A stretch of 64,000 nucleotides of DNA. It comes from an uncultured Planctomycetales bacterium (GTDB lineage: Bacteria; Planctomycetota; Phycisphaerae; UBA1845; PWPN01). Shown one piece after another: positions 47,564-55,294 of this stretch. The translations under genes were made by a program, and so were the position numbers. The DNA is taken from positions 67,630 to 131,629 of the forward strand of contig CAYNYK010000002.1 of NCBI GenBank assembly GCA_964401335.1, in the 5' to 3' direction. The notes below the pieces were generated by a model. That model was not told the DNA's origin, did no database searches, and worked only from the letters and a program-made list of their open reading frames with translations. The first letter of the stretch is position 1; each line of letters opens with the position of its first letter.

Positions 47564-47941
47564 TCATCCCCGGACTGGTTCCACGGCCGGCAGAGGTTCG
47601 TTGGTACCCAACGCGCGGCCGAGCAACCGGCGAATACACTCGGCGTACTGGTTCCACTGGCTCGCCTGCTGTTGGAGTTGCTGTCGGCCCAGATCGGTTA
47701 GCGCATACCATTTGCGGTCACGGCCGCCGGTATCCTCCCAACGACTGGCAATGAACCGGCCGGCCTCCAGTCGATGCAGCAACGGATACATCGTCCCCGC
47801 CTGCAGCCGAACCATGTTCCCGCTGGCCTCCCTCAACCGCTTCTGAATCATGTACCCATACAATGGCCCTTCCGCCAGCACCGACAGAATCATCAAATCC
47901 AGACTCCCCCGCATCAATTCACGATCAAAGGACATGGCCAT
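47564..47941 (-). CDS. PadR-family transcriptional regulator
   Basis: LDLMILSVLAEGPLYGYMIQKRL...GTMYPLLHRLEAGRFI...RKWYALTDLG. The start at 47941 was chosen because the upstream ATGs lie 5' of the predicted promoter. Confidence 0.88.
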   Translation of the reverse strand: MAMSFDRELMRGSLDLMILSVLAEGPLYGYMIQKRLREASGNMVRLQAGTMYPLLHRLEAGRFIASRWEDTGGRDRKWYALTDLGRQQLQQQASQWNQYAECIRRLLGRALGTNEPLPAVEPVRG

Positions 47942-47988
47942 CGCTCCAAAACCAGAAAACTCAAGATGCATCATATATCGCCGTACTA

Positions 47989-48017
47989 TATATATCACAA
48001 CAATGTATACATGTCAA
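47989..48017 (-). promoter_or_regulatory. Consensus sigma-70-type promoter with an embedded palindrome (putative PadR operator)
   Basis: Minus strand: TTGACA (48017-48012), 17-nt spacer, TATATA (47994-47989). The 10-bp perfect palindrome ATGTATACAT (48003-48012) overlaps the -35 element and spacer. Confidence 0.5.
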
Positions 48018-48352
48018 AAAAATTTTTAGAAATCCATAATTTATCAAGAAAACAATATCATCTATCTCATTATTTGACAATATTTTACGAACGTAACGAG
48101 AAATTATGGGACAAAACAGATCACCTTACGGTGTTCTTCCAAATGAGGCAGTAGCGTGTAGTCCGATAGCCGGAGAGGGCACCTGAACCAAATGGTAAAA
48201 ATACCAAACGAACCCACGAAATATCGAAAAATTCAGCATGACGTTAATCGGCAGGATACAAAACTCATGGCCGAACAACGGGGATACCAAACGTTCGATG
48301 ATTTCCCAAACCGGTTCCCGCATTCCGGGAGAGCTGACTTTTTAATTCCTAT

Positions 48353-48545
48353 CTCAGCGTCTCTGCGTCTCTGCGCGAGAATCCCCATCCTTTCAACTCT
48401 TTTCTCGGCGCCTCGGCGTCTCTGCGCGAGAACCCCCATCCTTTCAACTCTTTTCTCGGCGCCTCGGCGTCTCTGCGCGAGAATCCCCATCCTTTCAACT
48501 CTTTTCTCGGCGCCTCGGCGTCTCTGCGCGAGAACCCCCATCATT
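48353..48545. repeat. 51-bp tandem repeat, about 3.8 copies, downstream of the symporter gene
   Basis: The CTGCGCGAGA word recurs at 48371, 48422, 48473 and 48524, an exact 51-nt period. Copies alternate GAGAATCCCC and GAGAACCCCC. The shadow peptide is SAPRRLCAR(I/T)PILSTLF. Confidence 0.9.
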
Positions 48546-48554
48546 GCCGGTGAG

Positions 48555-50534
48555 CTATGCGGCCGTCGGAGGCTCTTCCGCATGGAGCAGGCCGTCATCG
48601 GTGGCATCACGTTTGCGGGTGGCGAGGATCCGGAACATATCGCGAAAGTCCCGCAGGCCGCCGACCAGGGCCCAGGCGAGCAAAGCGGCCGTCATCGCGA
48701 ACATCACCACGACATAAAATTTCCAGAACGACATCCACGATGCATCGGAAATGCCATGAGTCAGCATATATACCGATCCGATAACAAAGACGGCAAACCA
48801 GCACAGCGGCCAGGTCAGGTTGATGAAATAATAGATGAACTTGTCCGAGAGGCTATGTTCCTTACCGATCAGCAGCGACCGCAGACCGCTGGCCGCCCGT
48901 TTCTCGGTCACGGACAAATCATCCTGCACGGCATAGCGGCCGCGATGCAGAATCTTGTCGAGATTGGCCTCGGAACGTTTTCCCAGAAGGGAAACGAGTA
49001 TGTAAAGGGTGATCGCGGTGGCCATGGCGATGAAGGACCAGGTCTGTCCGTTCAACCAGGGAGCAACAACCTTGAGCCACTGCTTGGAGGTTCCATGTTG
49101 AAACAGGACTACGCCGGCAACAGAGAGGACCGACCCGGCAATCATGGCCGTCCAGGCGGCTGCGGTGGTGCCGCGTTTCCAATAGAGGCCGCCGATAATG
49201 ACCGACCCCGCCCCGCCGATATAGATGGTCCCGGTAACGGCGAAAAACATGAAAATATCCTGCTTGAGGGGGAAGAGCAGGCTGAAAACAAAGATAAACA
49301 AGGCCACGCCGCAGATCGAGCGTTTGAGCAGGCGGATGTGCCGCTCGGTGGACAACGGCTCCCGACAAAACGGCATGTAGATATCCTGAATAAAAATACT
49401 GCCCCAGGCATGCAGGTAGGTATTGTGGGTGGTGACAAAGCCAGCCAGGCCCACGGCGCACATCAGGCCCAGGGCGCCGTGCGGAAGAATACAGCGCAGA
49501 GCAACGGGTACACGCATCTGGCTGGCGATCTGTTCGCTGGGCATCGCCGCCAGAACCTGATCGGCCTGAGCCTGCAGGACGGCGAAATCCGGATGATGCA
49601 AAACAACGAAAGCACAAACCGCGCACAACAAGAAAGGCAGCCGAAGGATGGTGTTGCTGAACAGAACATAAAGCAGTTGACCCATCCAGCCTTCATGCGG
49701 GGTCTTGGCGGAGGTGTAGTAACCCTGGCTGCCCTGCCAGGCCATCTGCGCGTAAAACATCGTGAAACCGTAAACCAGAAAATACCATATATTAAATCCC
49801 TCCACTTTCGTGGAGTGCTTCGGATGAATCAGGGAGGCGCCCGCCGGAGCTTGGGACAGGCCGAAGGCAATCTGGTCCCAGCCGATGGCGTGGAACAAGG
49901 TCAGGCAGATGATCAGCAGAGCAATGCAGATGAATACGCCGTGAATAAAGTCGGAGACAATCACGGTGATCTGCCCGCCGATAAAGGTAAAAAAGAGCGA
50001 GGCGGCCAGCAGAAAAAACATGACGAGCGCGAAACTGGAAATCCAAACCGGCCCGAGAATGATGGCCGGCGGCAAGCCGCAAAACGAAACAATGAAGCGC
50101 GCCCCGATCGACGGGAAAATCCCGAAGTTGAAGATCCCCGCCCCAAAAGCCAGCATGCCCATAAAGATGCGAAACCGCCGGCTGTAGCGTATTTCATAGA
50201 ACTGGGCGACGGTCATGCAGCGGGTCTGGCGGAATCGATAAGTTACCCATCCGGTCACCCCCATGATCAGGAAGATGGGCATGTTCATGAAATCCCACCA
50301 GATGGCCACGAAACCGGCTTTATAGAAAAGCTCCCACCAGGCCAGGAAGGTGACGGTACCCAGATCGGAAATGGAGCGGGAGAAAGCGTAGACATAGCGG
50401 CCGGCACAGCGGTTGGCGACCATGAAATCGGCCACGCTGCGGACGTAACGACGGGCGTATACGGCCATGCCCGTAACCAAGGCCAGCAGGCCGATAACGA
50501 TGCCCCAATCAGCCGTGTTCAGAACCTGGAACAT
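48555..50534 (-). CDS. Sodium:solute symporter (SSF) family transporter
   Basis: 659 aa with about 14 TM helices. The N-terminus DWGIVIGLLALVTGMAVYARRYVRSVADFMVANR is typical of SSF transporters. Confidence 0.9.
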   Translation of the reverse strand: MFQVLNTADWGIVIGLLALVTGMAVYARRYVRSVADFMVANRCAGRYVYAFSRSISDLGTVTFLAWWELFYKAGFVAIWWDFMNMPIFLIMGVTGWVTYRFRQTRCMTVAQFYEIRYSRRFRIFMGMLAFGAGIFNFGIFPSIGARFIVSFCGLPPAIILGPVWISSFALVMFFLLAASLFFTFIGGQITVIVSDFIHGVFICIALLIICLTLFHAIGWDQIAFGLSQAPAGASLIHPKHSTKVEGFNIWYFLVYGFTMFYAQMAWQGSQGYYTSAKTPHEGWMGQLLYVLFSNTILRLPFLLCAVCAFVVLHHPDFAVLQAQADQVLAAMPSEQIASQMRVPVALRCILPHGALGLMCAVGLAGFVTTHNTYLHAWGSIFIQDIYMPFCREPLSTERHIRLLKRSICGVALFIFVFSLLFPLKQDIFMFFAVTGTIYIGGAGSVIIGGLYWKRGTTAAAWTAMIAGSVLSVAGVVLFQHGTSKQWLKVVAPWLNGQTWSFIAMATAITLYILVSLLGKRSEANLDKILHRGRYAVQDDLSVTEKRAASGLRSLLIGKEHSLSDKFIYYFINLTWPLCWFAVFVIGSVYMLTHGISDASWMSFWKFYVVVMFAMTAALLAWALVGGLRDFRDMFRILATRKRDATDDGLLHAEEPPTAA

Positions 50535-50692
50535 AGGCTGCTACGCAGGATAGGGACGAGGTGGCCATTGTCAAACGTGCCCGGCACAAAGAAAGCGGTT
50601 ACAATCTTGAAATCAGCGTTTATTACCGCGTCGCGGAAAGCCGCATTGAAAACCGGGTTTCGCGGGATTTGCGTATTTGGGGAGATCTGTGA

Positions 50693-51835
50693 ATGAACTC
50701 AAAAGAACGGGCGCGGGCGGCCATTGCCCGCCAACCGGTGGATCAGGTTCCGCTCGGCTTCTATACCGTCGATCATGACACGATCGAGGCGGTCCTCGGG
50801 CGGCCGACCTTCGTGCGTAACAAGATCGCTCACCGCGTGGCCTTATGGGAAGGCCGCCGGGACGAACTCGCGGAAAGCCTGAAAAAGGACACCGTGGGTT
50901 TTTATCGCAAGATCGATTGCGCGGATATCATTCTGCCCAAAGAGGCCTGCTGGCTACCCCCGCGCGATTACGATCCCGACCCGCCGCGTAAAATCAACGA
51001 GAATTGCTGGGAAGACCGCCTCGGCCGGGTATGGCAGGCGGTTCCGGAAGTCAACGACATCACCTGCATTCATGATCCGAACATCGGCAAGAAAGTCTAC
51101 ACCCCGGCGGATTTCGAGGGACCGGTCGAAGACGAGCCTTTTGATCCATCCTGTTTCGAGGCGATGGATTACGTGATCGAGCAACTGGGACAGGATCGTT
51201 ATGTGGCCACTACGACGGGAGGGACGACGGCCCTGACGTTGATTGACGGGATGGAACACGGGTTGCTGATGTACGCGACACAGCCGGAAGTGATCCACGC
51301 GGCCAACCGCCGCTCGGTAATGGTACAGAATCGGCGCGACCCGGACTACATTCGGCCGGGGGCGGCCGGGGCCTTGATGGAAGAGGACATGGCCGGCTCG
51401 AACGGGCCATTGATCAGTCCGACGATGTTTCGGGAGTTGGGTTTCCCTTATCTGCGGGAGCGCATCGCCAACGTCAAAAAACACGTGGATCAGGTCATTT
51501 TTCACAACTGCGGCATGAATATTCCCCTGATGGACATGCTCATCGAGGCCGGGATCGACTGTTACCAGTCGCTGCAGACGACGGCCGGCATGGAAGTGGG
51601 CAAGCTCAAGGCCCTCTACGGTGACCGCCTGTGCTTCTGGGGCGGGGTGGCCTTGGAAGTTCTAATTAGAGGTACACCTGACGACGTGCGCAAGGAAGTA
51701 CGCCGGGCCATGGAGCGCGGCGCGCCCGGCGGCGGATTCATCCTCGGCCCCAGCCACTCCATCGCCAAGGGTACGCGCTACGACAATTTCATGGCCATGC
51801 TGGATGAATTCGTAGCATTGCGGGACAAGTTTTGA
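50693..51835 (+). CDS. Uroporphyrinogen-decarboxylase-family (URO-D/MtaA-like) protein
   Basis: 380 aa. The (beta/alpha)8 URO-D-like blocks include FHNCGMNIPLMDMLIEAGIDCYQSLQ and GGGFILGPSHSI. Confidence 0.85.
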   Translation: MNSKERARAAIARQPVDQVPLGFYTVDHDTIEAVLGRPTFVRNKIAHRVALWEGRRDELAESLKKDTVGFYRKIDCADIILPKEACWLPPRDYDPDPPRKINENCWEDRLGRVWQAVPEVNDITCIHDPNIGKKVYTPADFEGPVEDEPFDPSCFEAMDYVIEQLGQDRYVATTTGGTTALTLIDGMEHGLLMYATQPEVIHAANRRSVMVQNRRDPDYIRPGAAGALMEEDMAGSNGPLISPTMFRELGFPYLRERIANVKKHVDQVIFHNCGMNIPLMDMLIEAGIDCYQSLQTTAGMEVGKLKALYGDRLCFWGGVALEVLIRGTPDDVRKEVRRAMERGAPGGGFILGPSHSIAKGTRYDNFMAMLDEFVALRDKF

Positions 51836-51845
51836 GCCGGATCGT

Positions 51846-52622
51846 TCAACGCACCATGCGCGGCGCGCAGGTCAATGCATCCGGGGAAAACAGATCAATG
51901 CCCCCGTCACGCAGATAACGGGCCTGGTCGATGAGCTTCCGCATGTTCCCCAGCAACGGCTCGGTCAACAACGTATCGGCCGCGCGGGGATCGGATTCGC
52001 GCCTGCAGGTTCGACAAGGGACCGTCCCCCGGCCCGCGCAATGCGTGCAGACCGTCGCTCCGTTGGCGTGGCAATCAGGGCATGGGGTGATGGTGACGGA
52101 ACGCGCGGCGGGGTCACGACCGGCCTCGCGCGTGCGCAGAGCGCCACGGCCCTTGCAGGTCGGACAGTTGACGATGCCCGTCCCGCGACAGTGGCTGCAA
52201 TCGGCCAGTCCGGTATCCCCGCAGCTTCGACACAGAGTGAATTGCTCATCCGCGTTTCTCGATTTGGCCAACTCGTTCAGGGAAATACCCAGCGTGGATT
52301 CGGCCAGCCTCTCCACCGCCGGAACCTGCCGAACTTTCAGGATGGCCATGTGCGTCGCCGCTCGATTGCCCTCAAGGCTACTTTGCAGCGCCTGGATGAG
52401 CGCATCGAAAGCCGCCCGGCGGGTTTGCTGTTTGAGGAGGCGAAGTTCGGCCAGGCGGGTCATGGCCGCGGTATCGAGTGGATCCGCCAGCACGGTCCGG
52501 CTCAGATCGGCAACCTCATCGGCCGGGGCGGAGGCGGGCCGGCTGGCCGGCGCGGGCGCCGGGCAGGAACGCGGATCGCCGATCATTCCAAGAAACAGAA
52601 CCAGAATCATGACACGTCTCAT
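51846..52622 (-). CDS. Secreted protein with DnaJ-type CxxCxGxG zinc-finger repeats
   Basis: N-terminal hydrophobic signal (VMILVLFLGMIG). Motifs CRSCGDTG, CSHCRGTG, CPTCKGRG and CTHCAGRG, plus the partial motifs CPDCHANG and CRTCRRES. Start overlaps the upstream stop (ATGA). Confidence 0.7.
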   Translation of the reverse strand: MRRVMILVLFLGMIGDPRSCPAPAPASRPASAPADEVADLSRTVLADPLDTAAMTRLAELRLLKQQTRRAAFDALIQALQSSLEGNRAATHMAILKVRQVPAVERLAESTLGISLNELAKSRNADEQFTLCRSCGDTGLADCSHCRGTGIVNCPTCKGRGALRTREAGRDPAARSVTITPCPDCHANGATVCTHCAGRGTVPCRTCRRESDPRAADTLLTEPLLGNMRKLIDQARYLRDGGIDLFSPDALTCAPRMVR

Positions 52623-55294
52623 GACGAGGCAACCTCCTCATGATCATCGAGGCTTTGTCGGACGGACGGCGCGGCCGGCCTGGTGTGCAAATCATTGAGC
52701 ATTTCCCACAAGCCGAGATTGTAAAGCGCGCTTTCGCGCAATTCGTCGAGCACATGGACCGGCCTCGACAAGCGTCGGTCCTTTTCCATCCGGGCATCAA
52801 CCAGTCGGATCAGGTCGGAACCGGCGATTTGCTCGATCAGAAGTTCCAGCAAGGCGCCTTCGGTTTGCAGGGCGACGACCGCGCGTTGCAAAGCGGTTTC
52901 GCTGGCCGCGGTCCGCGCTTTCTTTTCAAGTTCGATGATATCCGCCCGGATCGCGAAATCCTTACCCAAGGGGTGCTCGCGGACCAGCCGACTGAGTTGA
53001 TGATTGACGCCGTCGAGGGCGTCCAGCAAATCACGCTCGAGGTCCGGGCCGACCGACGGGGCGAGGCGCGGCGCGGGCTGAACAAGCACGGCGTGACCTG
53101 ACGCCGTCCAGTGAAAAGACTCCAAAGCCTGAGCGCTCAAACGGACGCGTTGAACGGCGGCGGCGATCAATCGGGAAGGCAAATGGTCGTTTGGGTCCCA
53201 GACCGACGACGACGAGGCACTTCGCCCCACGGGCGAGGCAACCTGACGATAGTTCCAGCGAAGCACGCCCTGGTGTAGCTTTTCCTGCCACCACTGCACA
53301 CATTCCTGCCGCTCGCGGCGGGTATGGCGCAGACGGAGACGCACATCGGCCAGATTCATGGGCACATAAACATCGCTCTGGGCGATAAGGGCCTGGGAGA
53401 TCATGAAGGCGACTCGTGAGCTGGACTTGTCCAGAATTTCGACAAGCCGTCGCGGGATGTCCGAGTCGGTCATTTCGGACAGGGTACGGATGATCCGCGA
53501 ACAGGTGGACATATCGCGGCGACATCGATCGTCCAGTACGTCCAGCAGGGCTTGAACCGCCGCCGGAGTGTTCAGGACGCGCAGTTCCTCGATGGCTCGG
53601 TAACGAATCCCGGGCACCGGCGAGGAACAATCGGCCTTCAAGGTTTCCAGCCGTTTGATTTGAAAACTGGTTGGCGGCGCTTGCGCGGGTTGAGCCGATG
53701 ATTGGGTGGAGATACTGACCTCATCGGCCAGCAGGACCGGAGCGGAGGGGCGCTCCAGAAGATGTATCAATGCGGGGTCGCCGCCGTCCGTCTGCCCACA
53801 AAACTCGCGGGCCCGCACGGAACATGCCGACAAGGCCAGGACCGTATCGCCGAGCAAGGCTTCCATGGGAGCCCGGGGCGAAGCGAAAGAACGACGCAGA
53901 CGCCCCGCCAGACTCCCTTCGGGCCATGCTGAAGCTGCTTTCGTCACCGCAGGGACCGGCGGAGTCGAGGGTTGCGAGACGGGATTCTTCGGCAAATTCG
54001 GAACAGGGACTGCTTCGGTTACAGGGGGTGGGGCAAGGGCTAACGCGGGCGAGGGCGGCGCGGGGGCTGTCTCTGGTTGAGTGACATGGGTCACCTTGAC
54101 CGGGCCTGATATTGGCGGCGAAGGCGATTCGACTATCGGTGCCGGTGGATGGTCATGGATATCGGGTTTGGCTACGGATGCATCGTCACCGCGTCGGGCA
54201 AAGAAGAATAAGGAAAAGAGAACAACCGCGGCGGTTGGAATAGCAATATTCCAGAAGACCGAGGCCGACAGGAAGCGCCGGGGCCGAACGCGATCATCGC
54301 GTGTTTCCGATCTCTCTTCGATATCCGCCACGATATCGCTTGGGGTATCGAGGGCATCGGATGAAGAGTCGTTCAGCGCGATGGTTTCCGTGTCGGGAAC
54401 GGCGTGCCTGTCGATTCGTGCCGGGGTTTCCCGCTCCTGGTCGACGAAGCGAGCGACATGGTTGTTGATGAGTTCCGCCGCCAGACGATCGGAGAGGCCG
54501 TGCGAGGTCGCCAGAAAAATCAGGTCGGCTCGTTCCGACGGCATGGGGGCGCGGCCGGGAAGGCGGGCGCGCAGCAGTTGAACAAACCAGTTTTTCAGGA
54601 AAGACAAATGGTACACCCCACGACAAGCGTTCAGAGCGGCCAGACGCTGCTCGATCACAGCCGTCGCCTGCTCGGGGGGGATTTGCAGTTTAGCGGCAAG
54701 CATTAACAGTCGTTGCTCATCGCCGTGCAACAGCAGACCTTCATGAATGGTCAGGTCCACCACGTCGCCAAAAAACGCCGCCCCATCGATCGGCGATCTG
54801 GCAGCACCGCCATTGGGCAGAGGAATCCGGGATAATGCCTGTTCAATCTCGTTCGGGGGGACGCCGAGTTCGCCCAGCTTTTGTGCGAGGGGCGGGCGCT
54901 TCGATTCATCGAGCGTACCGTCGGGATTGAGGGCGGCCGCAATGGCGGCGCGGGCAACCTGCGTGATCCGCTGTCGCTCCTGCTCGGCCTTGAGGCGCGC
55001 CTTACGTTGCCGAATGATTTCATGCAAATAGGCATTGTAGGCCTCCCGCCGGCGCGGGTCGCGCAGCACCTCGGCGGCGGTCACCAACTGGTCCTGCTCG
55101 AATTTCATCACCAGCGGGATAAACTGCGGCCCGGGGATATTCTGGCGGAGCCGTTTGCGCCGCTCCTCCAAGGCCGCATCGACCACCTCGGCGGAGCAGT
55201 TCTTCGGATCGAGTCCGAGTAAATGATAATGGGTCGGTTCGGTGAACCGTTCGGGAATACCAAGCAGCTTGTAGAAGAAAGTCCACTCGATCAT
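52619..55294 (-). CDS. Large membrane protein with an N-terminal J-like domain lacking HPD
   Basis: From the ATG at 55294: MIEWTFFYKLLGIPE...HYHLLGLDPKNCSAEVVDAALEERRKRLRQNIPGP...AAEVLRDPRRREAYNAY. This has J-domain helices II and III but no HPD. One TM helix (VFWNIAIPTAAVVLFSLFFF). About 550 aa lie beyond the TM helix. Confidence 0.7.
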   Translation of the reverse strand: MIEWTFFYKLLGIPERFTEPTHYHLLGLDPKNCSAEVVDAALEERRKRLRQNIPGPQFIPLVMKFEQDQLVTAAEVLRDPRRREAYNAYLHEIIRQRKARLKAEQERQRITQVARAAIAAALNPDGTLDESKRPPLAQKLGELGVPPNEIEQALSRIPLPNGGAARSPIDGAAFFGDVVDLTIHEGLLLHGDEQRLLMLAAKLQIPPEQATAVIEQRLAALNACRGVYHLSFLKNWFVQLLRARLPGRAPMPSERADLIFLATSHGLSDRLAAELINNHVARFVDQERETPARIDRHAVPDTETIALNDSSSDALDTPSDIVADIEERSETRDDRVRPRRFLSASVFWNIAIPTAAVVLFSLFFFARRGDDASVAKPDIHDHPPAPIVESPSPPISGPVKVTHVTQPETAPAPPSPALALAPPPVTEAVPVPNLPKNPVSQPSTPPVPAVTKAASAWPEGSLAGRLRRSFASPRAPMEALLGDTVLALSACSVRAREFCGQTDGGDPALIHLLERPSAPVLLADEVSISTQSSAQPAQAPPTSFQIKRLETLKADCSSPVPGIRYRAIEELRVLNTPAAVQALLDVLDDRCRRDMSTCSRIIRTLSEMTDSDIPRRLVEILDKSSSRVAFMISQALIAQSDVYVPMNLADVRLRLRHTRRERQECVQWWQEKLHQGVLRWNYRQVASPVGRSASSSSVWDPNDHLPSRLIAAAVQRVRLSAQALESFHWTASGHAVLVQPAPRLAPSVGPDLERDLLDALDGVNHQLSRLVREHPLGKDFAIRADIIELEKKARTAASETALQRAVVALQTEGALLELLIEQIAGSDLIRLVDARMEKDRRLSRPVHVLDELRESALYNLGLWEMLNDLHTRPAAPSVRQSLDDHEEVASS

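Noticed and set aside
48353-48545. Possible CRISPR array
   Set aside because: The copies are directly adjacent with no unique spacers, and there are no cas genes in the window. It is a plain tandem repeat.
48192-50696. 834-aa plus-strand ORF, the longest in this part of the track
   Set aside because: It is antisense to the well-supported SSF transporter gene (48555-50534). Its composition is low-complexity and Arg/Gly/Pro/His-rich. Its N-terminus is simply the translated 51-bp repeat. This is a typical high-GC shadow ORF.
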